In this document: in pieces, positions 41,225 to 52,300 of the stretch | Layout of the letters: every line of letters begins with the position of its first letter | How positions within the stretch are numbered: position 1 is the first letter of the stretch | From: Spirochaetales bacterium | GTDB taxonomy: Bacteria > Spirochaetota > Spirochaetia > SZUA-6 > JAFGRV01 | Reading direction: 5' to 3' | DNA: 64,000 nt | Assembly: GCA_016930085.1 (NCBI GenBank) | Contig: JAFGHO010000067.1 | Coordinates: forward strand, 1,041-65,040 | Position numbers and translations under genes: made by a program | Notes under the pieces: model-generated | What the model was told of the DNA's origin: nothing | Databases searched by the model: none | What the model saw: the letters and a program-made list of their open reading frames with translations, nothing else

Positions 41225-41752
41225 CTAGAAAATTTTGAAGAGGACCGATACACCCAGAAGCCCTTCGATGTTTTCCGGCTTGAATATATCGGCTGAATCT
41301 TCGCTGAGATCGATATCCATGAGGTAATTGAGTCCGATGGAAATTCCGCCGAGCATCACCTCGCCGCTCAGCTTGAGATTCATCCCCAGGTTGACTGTTT
41401 CCTCGAATCCCGGATCGCCCAGGTAGACGATTAGGTTCGGACCAAGACCCACTCCAAACCTGAAGATGAATATATCAAGCGCAATACCAAGATTGGTAAA
41501 CAGCTCGATGGAGCCTGGGTCGTCTTCATACCCGGGCTGGAAGAATGCGAAAGCCCCTGCCTGGAAGATACTCAGCTTCAAGCGGGTATCGAGTCCAAAG
41601 GTAAAATCATTCACCGAGAGTTCTTTCGCACCCGGCAGATCATCGGGCTCTGAAACATAGAAGTTGTAAAATGCTGTAGGCCCAATCTGGAAATCGGCAA
41701 ACGCTGCCAACGGTAACAAGAGAATTGCCAGGATAATTAGTATTCGTTGCAT
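41225..41752 (-). CDS. Small outer-membrane beta-barrel-like protein
   Basis: Signal peptide ending AFA-D; about 8 amphipathic strands; terminal LGVSVLFKIF; AAGGAGG RBS. Confidence 0.7.
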   Translation of the reverse strand: MQRILIILAILLLPLAAFADFQIGPTAFYNFYVSEPDDLPGAKELSVNDFTFGLDTRLKLSIFQAGAFAFFQPGYEDDPGSIELFTNLGIALDIFIFRFGVGLGPNLIVYLGDPGFEETVNLGMNLKLSGEVMLGGISIGLNYLMDIDLSEDSADIFKPENIEGLLGVSVLFKIF

Positions 41753-41884
41753 AATAAACCTCCTTACTAATGTAGTGGCGACAAGTACCTGCCTTAAATG
41801 GTAGCACTTTCTGATAAATTTTCAATCAATTACGGAAAGAATATATATAAAATACAAATTTTACACATATTCGCGAATCCCCGA

Positions 41885-42541
41885 TTACAGTATCCCGTTT
41901 TCCTGAAAGCTGAAATAGTCCTTTTGCGAGAAAATCACATGGTCGAGGAGGTCGATGCAGAGGATTTTTCCCGCGTTTTTGAGAAGACCGGTTACCTCCC
42001 TGTCTTCGGGACTCGGCATCACATTACCGCTCGGGTGATTATGTGCACAAATGATTGCCGCCGCTCTGTCGCCGAGCGGATCGGCAAAGACCTCCCTCGG
42101 GTGTACGACGGTTCTGTTGACAAGCCCGACCGAAACAACCCGTGCGGCGATCACCTCATGTGCCCCGTTCAACGAGATGCAGAGAAAGTATTCCTGCTTT
42201 CTGTCCGCGTAATGGCGGACAAGGGGAAGGATGTCCCGCGGAAAGCTAATCCTATGATGTCCGGGACAAAGTATCCTGCGCGAAAACTCGAAAGCCGCCG
42301 AAATGACGGACGCCCGGGCCGTTCCGAGTCCGCTGATTCCCTTGAGGGTGCACATTGTGGGGATGCCCCCGGTTGTATCGATAAGCCGTACGACTTCATC
42401 GGCAAGGGCCGCAACACCTTTTCCCCTGATACCGGACCCAATCAGTATCGCGACAAGCTCCCTGTCCGAAAGGTAAGCCGGGCCGTGGGCGGCCAGCCGT
42501 TCTCTGGGCCGGTTTTTCAGGGGGAGTTCTCTCACTTCCAT
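41885..42541 (-). CDS. radC: RadC/JAB domain protein
   Basis: RPRERL..G...LSDRELVAILIGSG, VHPREVF, AHNHPSG..PS.ED and LLDHVI. Confidence 0.93.
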   Translation of the reverse strand: MEVRELPLKNRPRERLAAHGPAYLSDRELVAILIGSGIRGKGVAALADEVVRLIDTTGGIPTMCTLKGISGLGTARASVISAAFEFSRRILCPGHHRISFPRDILPLVRHYADRKQEYFLCISLNGAHEVIAARVVSVGLVNRTVVHPREVFADPLGDRAAAIICAHNHPSGNVMPSPEDREVTGLLKNAGKILCIDLLDHVIFSQKDYFSFQENGIL

Positions 42542-42699
42542 TTGTCGTCTCCTCTTCAAAGCTGGATTTTTATATACATTGACTATTAACGCCCGGAAAG
42601 TGTCCGTCACTTTGTTTTTTTTTGTATTTTTCGAATTTTTTTTTTCATATCCGTTACATCGGGTATAGGTGAAGAGGATTTTTAAAGTAATGCATGGAA

Positions 42700-42725
42700 G
42701 CTGTCCGGGAAATCTCCCGGACAGC
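42700..42725. terminator. Perfect 11-bp hairpin downstream of the 42734 gene
   Basis: GCTGTCCGGGA-AATC-TCCCGGACAGC; no strong U tract. Confidence 0.55.
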
Positions 42726-42733
42726 CCTTATCC

Positions 42734-43207
42734 CTACAGTTTGGAGTTCGGATCCGAAGAAGGATCTTCACAAAGCGCGAGAAAATAGATGGATCGTGCT
42801 ATACTGAAAAACCGCTGGCTTGCAAGTTGTTTTACTTTCTTGATTTTAAATGCATCATAGAGGAGTGCAGCCTGCCGTTCACTCAATCCCTGAAGCGCTT
42901 CAAGTGGAGAATCGAGAATCTGCTTCAAGGTTTTTCCTTCATATGCCTTGTCGACCGCCTTATCGATATTGAAACTCGCATTTCCTCCGTGTCCCTCTTT
43001 CTCTGTTTTTTCCAGTTCCTGTATCGCCCATGCCCATTTGGCGAACCTGAGTTTCGAGAACTGCTCGACTGTGGAGATGCGGAAGGCCTCTTTCATTTTT
43101 GCCGCGTCCCCTTCGCTGACTCCCTGAATGGCGGACACCGGCTGTTTGAGGATTTCCCTCATTGACATCGACTCGAATTTCTTATCAACAGCATTTTTAA
43201 TGTTCAT
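42734..43207 (-). CDS. Hypothetical protein made of two ~75-aa repeats
   Basis: NIKNAVDKKFE..IL..PVSAIQGVSE and NIDKAVDKAYE..IL..PLEALQGLSE; AAGGAGG RBS. Confidence 0.85.
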   Translation of the reverse strand: MNIKNAVDKKFESMSMREILKQPVSAIQGVSEGDAAKMKEAFRISTVEQFSKLRFAKWAWAIQELEKTEKEGHGGNASFNIDKAVDKAYEGKTLKQILDSPLEALQGLSERQAALLYDAFKIKKVKQLASQRFFSIARSIYFLALCEDPSSDPNSKL

Positions 43208-43341
43208 TAAACACCTCCTTGAATGACATACTTTATTTATAATTAAAATGGCAGGAAATTACAAAGAATATTTTGATTTTTTTTGTGGTTATTTTATATT
43301 AATTTCTTACTTTTTGAGTCCCGATCGGTTACAATGACCGT

Positions 43342-44090
43342 ATGAGACGAATACTATTGTGCTGGCCGCTCTTTTTTTTTTACTCGGGAACGGTGCGGGG
43401 TGCTGCGGGGTGAATGGTAAAGAAAAAAGTCCGCAGCTTCCCGAATGCAGATGTTTTGACGATGTGGTGCGGTATAACGGTATGACAGTCAGCATCGATG
43501 GATGGTATGAAGTCGAGCCGGTTCCCGGGGGGAAGCGCCTGCAGGCTGCTTCAATCGTGCTCGCCGACGGGACCCGGCTCATCCATTCCTACAGGCCGGT
43601 AAAGGAATTGTTCTGTTTTATCAACAGGCGGATTACGGTTACCGGGGTCGTCACGGTCGATTCGGGCCAGGGACCGGAGGTGCAGCAGGTGATGGCCCCC
43701 CATATCGGCATTGATACAATCTCCTTACATCCGGATGAAGAACCGTGCGGGGAAACACCCGTGAGGATTCCCGATCTCCCCTTTATCGAGAAAAAAGCCG
43801 ATATCGGAAAGTGGCATGACCGATGGGTGCATGTTTACGGCCGCCTATCCGGTCTCGACCTCCGTCCCCATGAATCACTCTGGGCGAATGCAACCCTCCT
43901 CTTGCACGACGGGACAACACTATGTTTTGAATGGGTTTCATTTTCCCGATGGTCGCCTTTTGTCGATTCGGACGTTACGGTGACTTTACTGCTTAAGCCG
44001 GAACGGGAGGAGAAGGGTGCGCTGTATTTCCGTGCCGGAAGAACGGCCGTTTGCAGCGGTAAAACGGCCCGGTGCGGCATGAATGACTGA
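43342..44090 (+). CDS. Probable lipoprotein with two OB-fold-like repeats; 5' end frameshifted or alternative GTG start at 43359
   Basis: ATG at 43342 (MRRIL) is one base out of frame with the body; T10 tract at 43372-43381; GAGC lipobox. Confidence 0.6.
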
Positions 44091-44173
44091 AAGATTCGGA
44101 TATACCGTGAGTACAGCGTCTCTTGTAAAAAGTCCGGGGGCGTATATACTGTATAGACAGAGAGAGAAACGAG

Positions 44174-44743
44174 ATGCCGACTAAAATAACTTTTTATCCG
44201 AATGGTACCTGGGAAGGAGGAGCGAGAATTCCTCCCGTGCTGCAGGACATGTCCGATCTTTCCGAATGGATACGCCATTTTCTCAAGGAATATAAAAACC
44301 TGGGGAAATTATATGCGAAATATTTTACGAATGACGGAGAACTCATTGGTCAGGAAAAGGCGAATCTCGTGAGTGCCCTTGACGGTATTATCGGCGGGCT
44401 TTTACTTCTCCGCAGGTACGTCACGCTAAACACCCCCCTTCATTTCGAATCCCTCGACAACTCGTATAATTTCTGGTTTGAAATAAAGCTCGACACGCTC
44501 AACTGGCGCGGAAGGGGTAAGATGAGCAACAGGTATACATTCAACATTTCCAGTTTCGCCCACTGGTACGGCAATACCATGATTCAGAAAATACAGCAGG
44601 TTTTCAGGGATTATTCCAGGGCCATGGAGGACGGGAAACTTACCACGGAGGAACGCAACGGCCTTATCCGATTTATCGAAGTTATTATTTTCGATATTCT
44701 CGTCATTGAGAAAGTACTTATCGCCACCGATATACACCGGTAA
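44174..44743 (+). CDS. Hypothetical protein with internal duplication
   Basis: Both halves contain W.G..., a later W, and DG.L...E(K/R)..L...II. Confidence 0.7.
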   Translation: MPTKITFYPNGTWEGGARIPPVLQDMSDLSEWIRHFLKEYKNLGKLYAKYFTNDGELIGQEKANLVSALDGIIGGLLLLRRYVTLNTPLHFESLDNSYNFWFEIKLDTLNWRGRGKMSNRYTFNISSFAHWYGNTMIQKIQQVFRDYSRAMEDGKLTTEERNGLIRFIEVIIFDILVIEKVLIATDIHR

Positions 44744-44801
44744 TGATTGCTTATGGCGATTTCTTCTTTTATATCTATTTTATAAAGAGGAGCAGTGAAA
44801 A

Positions 44802-45137
44802 ATGAGGGAACGAAGACGCTTCCGGCGGCTGGAGCTTGATGTATTGGTGAATTTCTCGGAAAAAGCGCGGGCCCGCGCCAAAAATATCAGTCTGCTCGGG
44901 ATCTGTATCATCACCAATATCCCCTTTCATGCCGGAGTTTATCTGAATCTCCTTATTACCCTTCCGGATACTACAACGATTGAAACATTGGGCAGAGTGA
45001 TCTGGCAGAGAAAAATCAAACCGGATGAATACGAGAATGGAATCGAGTTTTATAATATAAACCCGAATGAAAAAAATAAGCTGGATGACTTTATCAGGGG
45101 ATATAATGCGGAGAAGGGGAACGGATCCTCTTGCTGA
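44802..45137 (+). CDS. Stand-alone PilZ domain protein
   Basis: ERRRFRR (RxxxR), NISLLG (NxSxxG), GRVIW and GIEF. Confidence 0.88.
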   Translation: MRERRRFRRLELDVLVNFSEKARARAKNISLLGICIITNIPFHAGVYLNLLITLPDTTTIETLGRVIWQRKIKPDEYENGIEFYNINPNEKNKLDDFIRGYNAEKGNGSSC

Positions 45138-45301
45138 CGAACAGGCAGGGCATGTTACGGCATCGTCACTTCCCCCAATCCGGCTTGAGAATACCCGACT
45201 GGTATTGGAATATGAATATTCATCTTTTATTTTTGTCTTGATTAAAATCGTTTTCTGAATTAGTATCCTGACAATAAATGCAATGTGAAGAGTAAAGGCG
45301 G

Positions 45302-45715
45302 GTGAAAATGGGAAATGCCGAACAAGAACATCAGCGTGATGAGGTAAGCACCCTCACGGGCGGCAGAAAAAAAACGATCAAAAGCTCGGAATTGCTGCTC
45401 AATAAAGCCGTTCTTCTTGTACTTTCGGAGAAAGAATTCGGAAATGCCTTTGTTATCCGGAAACGTGAGGTTGTCGTCGGGCGCAATAAAAGCTGTGATT
45501 TTACGATTGACGATCCGCTTGTGAGTAATGAGCACTGCAAAATTACGAGTGGTGAAGACGGCAGGTTTTGTATTGAAGATCTACATTCGACGAACGCCAC
45601 CTTTATCAACAGGAAAAAACTCAAAAAAAAAGAACACCTGCTTTATGGAGACAGGATCGTTATCGGTGACACGATTATCCGTTTTTATCTCGAAGAGCAG
45701 ATAGAAGAAAAATGA
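45302..45715 (+). CDS. FHA domain protein
   Basis: VVGR, VSNEH, DLHSTNAT and LLYGDRIVIG. Confidence 0.9.
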   Translation: MKMGNAEQEHQRDEVSTLTGGRKKTIKSSELLLNKAVLLVLSEKEFGNAFVIRKREVVVGRNKSCDFTIDDPLVSNEHCKITSGEDGRFCIEDLHSTNATFINRKKLKKKEHLLYGDRIVIGDTIIRFYLEEQIEEK

Positions 45716-46035
45716 GGGCACTTCCCCAAATTTACCGTGCAGGTTTTGGGAAGGATCCTTAGGAAATAATGCCCGATTACGCCTCATTTTCGGGAAATTC
45801 TTATGGCCGTTTGTAAATAAAACTAGTATATTTTAATCGGACGGAAAATGTGAAGAAAAAGTAACGGGGCCGTGAAGTGGGGCGCCCTGTTTTTATCTTT
45901 TAATACGAAAAAAGCAGAAAAATTAATTACTCATGTCCGGTGATGGATAAAACGGGAACGTTCGTTTAATAAAGGAGTTTATGTGTGCGGTATAATGTCA
46001 AGTATCCTTATGATTCTGAATCCGGGAACATTCGT

Positions 46036-46338
46036 ATGAAAGAAAAACGGCGATTTGAGAGGGTCAGCCTCGATACCTATGCCAATTATTCGAGTGACAA
46101 AAGGGCACAGGTCAAGAATATCAGCCAGGGTGGGCTTTGTATCACCACCGACCACTTTATCTCAAAGGGTACATTACTTTTCCTGGTTGTTTCGCTTTCC
46201 CGAAAGGGTATGATTCAGGTGATCGGCGAGTCTGTATGGTGCAGAAAAAAGGGAGAAGGAGTCTATGAAAACGGAATTTCCTTCTTCTGTTTGGATGATT
46301 TTAATGTGCGGAAGCTGAAAGAGTATATCGGGTCATAG
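46036..46338 (+). CDS. Stand-alone PilZ domain protein
   Basis: EKRRFER, NISQGG, GESVW and GISF. Confidence 0.88.
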   Translation: MKEKRRFERVSLDTYANYSSDKRAQVKNISQGGLCITTDHFISKGTLLFLVVSLSRKGMIQVIGESVWCRKKGEGVYENGISFFCLDDFNVRKLKEYIGS

Positions 46339-46858
46339 GCCGTCGGAGAATTGTCCGGAGGAGAAAGGTGGATTTTTTTCCGGCATTTTATTGTTTTTTG
46401 AACGAAAGACACAACCGGAAAGCACGGTGTTTCGGCGGTACCGGTATAAATCATGTAAAAAAGTCTGTTTTCCTCTTGAATAATGGAAATGCATGAACAA
46501 CAATATTAGTGGGGGTTCGTGGCGTGGTAATAGAGAAGCCGCGCCGTGTATGTATGGGGCAAGGATATACGGGAGAGAACCGCCGTACCGGTATGAATAT
46601 CTGCGACTGGTGCATCGGGATAACTGCCTGTATATGGAGAGAATTGGGTGTGTGCAGGAAGGAGTCGAGAAACCTAATGACATAACGCAATAGCAATAAA
46701 GCCATCGACATGACGCTTTTTCACAGGTCTTGATGAAAGAAGGAAAGACCACCGCGTGAAGGGAGGGGCCGGGGAGAAGCGACATGCAGGTGTAGCCGGG
46801 GTTTTATCCGGCAGGATAGAACATTATGGTTATATATCAAGGAGAGGAGGAATTACTA

Positions 46859-47191
46859 TTGAAAGAAGATAGAAGTTTTCCGCGTGTAAAACTGGATGTC
46901 ATTCTTTCAAGCGTAAAAAATCAACAAATCCAGACCGAAAATGTGAGTCAAAACGGTATTTGTATCATCACTGCGGAACCGTACAGCAACGGGAAGTATT
47001 TGAGCAGGATGTTGATGCTTCCCGGCGGCGAAGAGATCAATGTTCTGGGAAAGGTAGTGTGGTGCAACCGGTTCAACAATTATTACAAAAGCGGGGTTGA
47101 GTTTATCAGCATCAACAGTAATGATCGTGAAAAATTAAGAAAATATATCAAGAAGATGATAAAGAAGGAGAAAGGAGTAGTCTGCCGCTAA
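46859..47191 (+). CDS. Stand-alone PilZ domain protein
   Basis: EDRSFPR, NVSQNG, GKVVW and GVEF; TTG start after GAGGAGG. Confidence 0.85.
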   Translation: MKEDRSFPRVKLDVILSSVKNQQIQTENVSQNGICIITAEPYSNGKYLSRMLMLPGGEEINVLGKVVWCNRFNNYYKSGVEFISINSNDREKLRKYIKKMIKKEKGVVCR

Positions 47192-47384
47192 TTCTATCCG
47201 GGAAGAAATTCCGGATAACGGGATGGTTGCCGCGGATGGATTTCCACCGCCGAATCCAGGGCAACTCACAACAGGATGCAATGTCCGACCGAAATCCCGG
47301 GGTTGGCTTATAAAGCGGTTTTTTCAACCGGGGCAGCCAACCCCTTTTTTACATACGATACTTCCGTTTACCCGCGATACACCG

Positions 47385-48341
47385 CTATTTTATATTTTTT
47401 ACCGTCTCATCTTCCTGCAGCCTGCCCGTGACTAACCTGTTGACGACCGTCATGGCAATAATGATGAGAAAGACGAGGAGGGTGATGGCGCTTCCCTTCC
47501 CGTATCGCTGGGCCCGCTGGAGGAGCCACATGATGTAGAATGCCGATGTAAGTCCCGCGCTTCCCGTTCCCCCCATGTTGAGGTATCCGCCGGTGAGCAT
47601 GTACGGATCGTCGAAAAGCTGCATCCCCCCAATAATACTCAGCGTGACTGCAAAGAAAATAATCGGTATAAGCAGCGGGAGTGTGATGTATATATGTTTC
47701 TGAAGGGTGTTCGCCCCGTCTATCTCGACAGATTCATACAACTCTTCCGGAATCGCCTGAAGTCCGGCAAGGTAAATGACCGTATTCCACCCGATATACC
47801 GCCAGTTTACCATGATCGCTATCGAGGGCTTTATATACTCCTTGTTCCCCAGCCAGTCGATTCGCGGTAACCCGATCGCCTCGAAAACATAGTTGAGAAG
47901 GCCGAAATTGTTTCCGAAAACGTAATTGAAGATAATGGCGACGGAAACGGCGCTTGTTATAAAGGGGAGGAAATAGGCCGTTTTAAAAAAATCCCTTCCC
48001 TTGAGCGTCTTGTTGTTGAGGATAATCGCCAGGGGAATCGCGATTATGTGCTGTGTAAACGAACCGAAAAGAAGCAGCCACCCTGTATTATAGAGGGATT
48101 GCCAGAAAAATTTGTCTTCAAAGAGAAGCTGTCCGAAATTCCTGAGTCCGACAAACTCCATCGGTCCCATGCCGCTCCATTTTTGAAGGGAAAGGAAAAA
48201 CGCGAAAATATTCGGGAAGAATCCGAATATCAGGTAAAGAAGGACGAAGGGGGATAAAAAAAGATACGGCGCAAGGTGCTGCTGATTGAGACTCAATCTG
48301 GCAAGCAATCTCGGCACACGAATGGTTTGTTTTTTTTTCAT
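47385..48341 (-). CDS. Sugar ABC transporter permease (MalF/UgpA-like)
   Basis: YLFLSPF, FVGLRNF and YLAGLQAIPEELYESVEIDGA (EAA loop). Confidence 0.92.
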   Translation of the reverse strand: MKKKQTIRVPRLLARLSLNQQHLAPYLFLSPFVLLYLIFGFFPNIFAFFLSLQKWSGMGPMEFVGLRNFGQLLFEDKFFWQSLYNTGWLLLFGSFTQHIIAIPLAIILNNKTLKGRDFFKTAYFLPFITSAVSVAIIFNYVFGNNFGLLNYVFEAIGLPRIDWLGNKEYIKPSIAIMVNWRYIGWNTVIYLAGLQAIPEELYESVEIDGANTLQKHIYITLPLLIPIIFFAVTLSIIGGMQLFDDPYMLTGGYLNMGGTGSAGLTSAFYIMWLLQRAQRYGKGSAITLLVFLIIIAMTVVNRLVTGRLQEDETVKNIK

Positions 48342-48351
48342 TCGGTTCCTC

Positions 48352-49209
48352 CTATCCTTTCAGGCTTCCCGCGAGAAAATTGGAGATGATTTTTTTCGAG
48401 AAAAGAATGAAGACAAGCAGAAGCGGGATAATCGCCAGCGCGTTTCCGAGCATTTTGGCCCCGTAGCCCTGACCCGCGATTTCCGCTTTCAACTGAAACG
48501 CGGAGAGTGCGGGCGGTATCGTTCTCATTTCTTCTTTTGTCAGCATGAGAAGGGCCCAGAGAAAATTGTTCCATGAGCCGACAAAGGTTATCGTTCCCAG
48601 AACCGCGATACCCGGCATCGAAAGGGGGAACCCTATTTTCAGGAGAATCCAGAACTCGTTCAGGCCGTCGATCCGGGCCGCGTCCATCAGGTCCGACGGT
48701 ACCGTTGTCGTGATGAACTGTGTCATGAGGAAAATGCCGAAGGCGTTCGCCATGCCCGGAATGAACATTGGCCAGTAGGTGTTGAGCCACCCGAACCAGA
48801 GCATGAGTCTGTATGCAGGAATAATTCCGAGGAGTGGGGGAATCATAAGGGTAAGCAATATAAAGGAAAAGAAAAACGACTTTCCCTTGAAATTATATTT
48901 TGCCAGGGCGAATCCGCCCATCGTACAGAAAAATATAACCGTCGATGTCTGCAATACGGCGATAATGACACTATGGAAAAAATTGAGGGCAAAGGGTATC
49001 TGTTCGAAAAGGATACCCCAGTTGACGAGAAGTTTGTCACCGGGAGTGAATGGGGGCGGGATACTGAATATGGTTTTGAGGTCCCTGGTCGCGAGAATAA
49101 AAACATCATAAAAGGGAAATGCGAAAATGACGAGAAGCAGCGTGAGAAAGATGTATAAAATGGTCCTTCGTATGTAAAATCCTGTTTTCCTCAATAACAT
49201 GTTCTTCAT
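48352..49209 (-). CDS. Sugar ABC transporter permease (MalG/UgpE-like)
   Basis: GFALAKYNFKGK, VPSDLMDAARIDG, WNNFLW and GSLKG. Confidence 0.92.
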   Translation of the reverse strand: MKNMLLRKTGFYIRRTILYIFLTLLLVIFAFPFYDVFILATRDLKTIFSIPPPFTPGDKLLVNWGILFEQIPFALNFFHSVIIAVLQTSTVIFFCTMGGFALAKYNFKGKSFFFSFILLTLMIPPLLGIIPAYRLMLWFGWLNTYWPMFIPGMANAFGIFLMTQFITTTVPSDLMDAARIDGLNEFWILLKIGFPLSMPGIAVLGTITFVGSWNNFLWALLMLTKEEMRTIPPALSAFQLKAEIAGQGYGAKMLGNALAIIPLLLVFILFSKKIISNFLAGSLKG

Positions 49210-49311
49210 CGATTACTCCTTAATGGCATTAAGGTTTTGATGCGCGTCGATTTCAAGTATAGCATAAACGATATCGTATGGCCAGATCATTTTACTTAAA
49301 AATATTTTATC

Positions 49312-52300
49312 CTATTTTATGTCGATTTTTTCCTGGCCTTCCCAATCCTCCGGCACCCCCGTTTCGGCGTATTCTCTCGCGCGGTCCCGGTACAACCGGG
49401 CCGCCCTGTCGTATGAATCGATGTCGAGAACGGAATCGAAATATTTCTCCGCGAGGACGAAGTCCCTGCTCAAATAGGCGAGAAGGCCTTTTTCAAAGAA
49501 ATCCTTGGTTTTCTGTTTGATCTGCCCGCTTTCGCTGTTATCGAAGATTTCATAGATGGGAACCGAATCGCGCTTCCCCTTTACCTGCACATGCCCCAGG
49601 AAGCGGTAAAAATAAATGCTCGGGTCCTGGAGTGAAAAAAAGATCGATGAACTGATGATGATCGAACCGCCGTACGCCTTTGTCAGGGCCTCGAGGCGCG
49701 CGGCGACATTGACCGAGTCCGAGATAACCGTGCCTTCGATCCGGTATTCGTCGCCGATTGTGCCGAGCATGATCGGACCGTTATGAATCCCGATGCCGAT
49801 CTGGATCGGCGAATATTTCGATTTGACGCGGAATGTGTTGTACGTGGCGACCATCTTTTTCATTTCGAGCGCCGCCTTCAGGGCGTCTTCGGGATTGCCG
49901 GGAAAAATCGCCATGATCCCGTCCCCGATGTACTTGTCGATGTAGCCGTTGTATTTTCGTATCGACGGGCCCATTTTCTCGAAATAGGAGTTGAGAAAAT
50001 TGAAATTCTGTTTCGGCGACATGCTTTCGGAAAGCGACATAAACGAGCGTATATCGCAGAACATGATCGTCATATCTCGCTGGATCTGGTCGCCACGTTC
50101 CACCTCGACGATCGAATCACGGCCGAGAAGGCGAAGAAACCCGTTCGGAACGAACCTGCTGTAGGCGATATTGATCTTGGCGAGCTGGACGTGGGTTTTT
50201 ATCCGCGCGATCAATTCCGATTTGTGAACCGGCTTCGAGATGTAGTCGTTGGCCCCGGCGGACAGACCCTCGACGAGGTCCGATACGAGGTTTTTCACCG
50301 TAAAAATGATAATCGGCAGCTGATGTTTTTCGAATTTCTCCCTGATCTTTTTGCAGACGAGATACCCCGACATTCCGGGCATCATGACATCGAGGAGAAC
50401 AATATCGAAGGTGTCTTCCTGAAGCCGCTTGAGGGCGTCTTTTCCGCTCAAGACATGGACGAGTTCGAACTGATCCGGATCGAGCTGGGTCTTGATGACC
50501 TCATGGTTCACCTGTTCGTCGTCGACGATGAGGACCTTTATCGCTTTTGCCGTAAGAACGAGGGTTTCGGTATCTTCGACCGGAATCAGGTCGCCCTCGT
50601 ATTCGCTCATATCGACGAACCGGGAGGCCTTTATCTCATCCTCCTCCCGTTGCTGGACCTTGCTTATGGGAATGGAAAAGGTAAACGAAGAACCCCTCCC
50701 CACGACGGAATCGACGGTTATCGCGCCGCCCTGGAGTTCGATGAGCTGTTTTGTAATCGAAAGGCCGATGCCCGTTCCTCCGTACGGCCGCGAGAGGCTC
50801 GTGTCGACCTGTTCGAATGATTCGAATATACGGTCGAGCTTGTCCGGCGGAATCCCGATACCCGTATCGGTGACGGTAATAAAGGCTTCCGAACCTCTTT
50901 GTTCAGCGGAAACGGTGATCCTGCCCGATTCCGTGAATTTGATCGAATTACCGATCAGGTTGTGCATTATCTGCTGCAGCCGCGTTTCGTCGCCATAAAC
51001 AAAAGGGAAATCCTTCGGGATATTGTTTTCAAGCGAAATATCCTTCTGCGCGACCATTGGCCGCGAAAACACGAATACCACGTCGCATACCTCCCGCAGA
51101 TCGACCGGTTTTTTCTGAATCACCAGTTCTTTCTTTTTCATTTTCGAGAAATCGAGAATATCGTTCACCAGATTGGCGAGTCTCCTGCCGCTCGATATGA
51201 TCAGTGATATGGTCCTTGCCTGTGTGTCATTAAGTTTTCCGCTTGTCCCTTCATAAAGCGATTCGGCCAGTCCGATTATCCCGTAGAGGGGGGTGCGAAG
51301 CTCGTGGCTGGTGTTCGCGAGGAAGGCGTCCTTGAGTTTGTCAAGAGAAACGAGTTTTTCCGAAAGCCGTTCGACCGATGTCAGGGCTTCGAGGAAACGA
51401 AGCGAGAGAAGCACCGACTGGAAGAAAATGAATATAAACAGACCTACGGAAAGAAAGTAACCGATTTTCAGAATATTGAAATAATAGAGGATATCATTGA
51501 CCGCCGTCGCGAAGAAAATGAGAAATCCGATGAGAAAAATCAACGCACCTTTGTGTTTTTTTGCGATACCGATGAGGAGCCCCGCGATAATCGCCATTCC
51601 CACCGCGATGATGCAGAGCTGATAGAACGGCATGATTTCCGAATACACGTGAACCGGAAGCAGTACGACCGAAAAACTGAAGAGGCCGCTTATTCCCATG
51701 AAGACATAGTTCAGGTACCTGTACCATGTATACGGATAGAGGGAGTGAAAATAGAGAGAAAAGCAGACGGCGGCAGCCGGCACGGTGAGGAATTCTGTGG
51801 CCAGCAGGAAATGGTACAAACCGGGAAACATGGTATAAAGAAACCGTTCGCCCATTAAAATGGTTCTCAGACTCAAGGACAGGCAGAAAAGCCCGAAAAA
51901 GAGGGGCCCCTTTTCCTTTTTTCTCAGAAAAAAGAGGGCAAGATGATACAGCCCCATAATGAGAAAACTCCCGAAAAGAATCATTTCCATGGCAAGATTA
52001 CGGGAACGCAGCTGTTCGATCTGTATTTTCCGTCCCATGACAATCGGTGTAAAACCGCCGTGCCTGTCGCTGAAATTGCTGATTTGAAGAATAATGGTAA
52101 ACCCGCTGCGCTGCGGCGTAAAATATTCGGCCCGCGGAAGAATATCCGGTTTGTGTGTTTCCGCCGTGGTACCGATCGTTCCGCTCTGGATCAGAAGTAT
52201 ATCGTCGATATAAAGGCGGTAGGCGGTATCGATCTCCTTGACGTATATTCCGATGAGTCCGATACCGGCTTTGTGATCGACCCTCATTCTGAATGTCGCG

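Noticed and set aside
41885..42541. radC as a marker of a mobile element
   Set aside because: It is the full-length chromosomal form with the N-terminal domain, and no mobility genes are adjacent.
46493..46693. 66-aa ORF or decayed fourth PilZ gene
   Set aside because: No RBS or motif; the resemblance in another frame (NICDWCIGIT) is too weak to support.
46700..46830. c-di-GMP riboswitch upstream of PilZ
   Set aside because: Only short hairpins; the conserved class I and II motifs are not recognisable. An Rfam scan would settle it.
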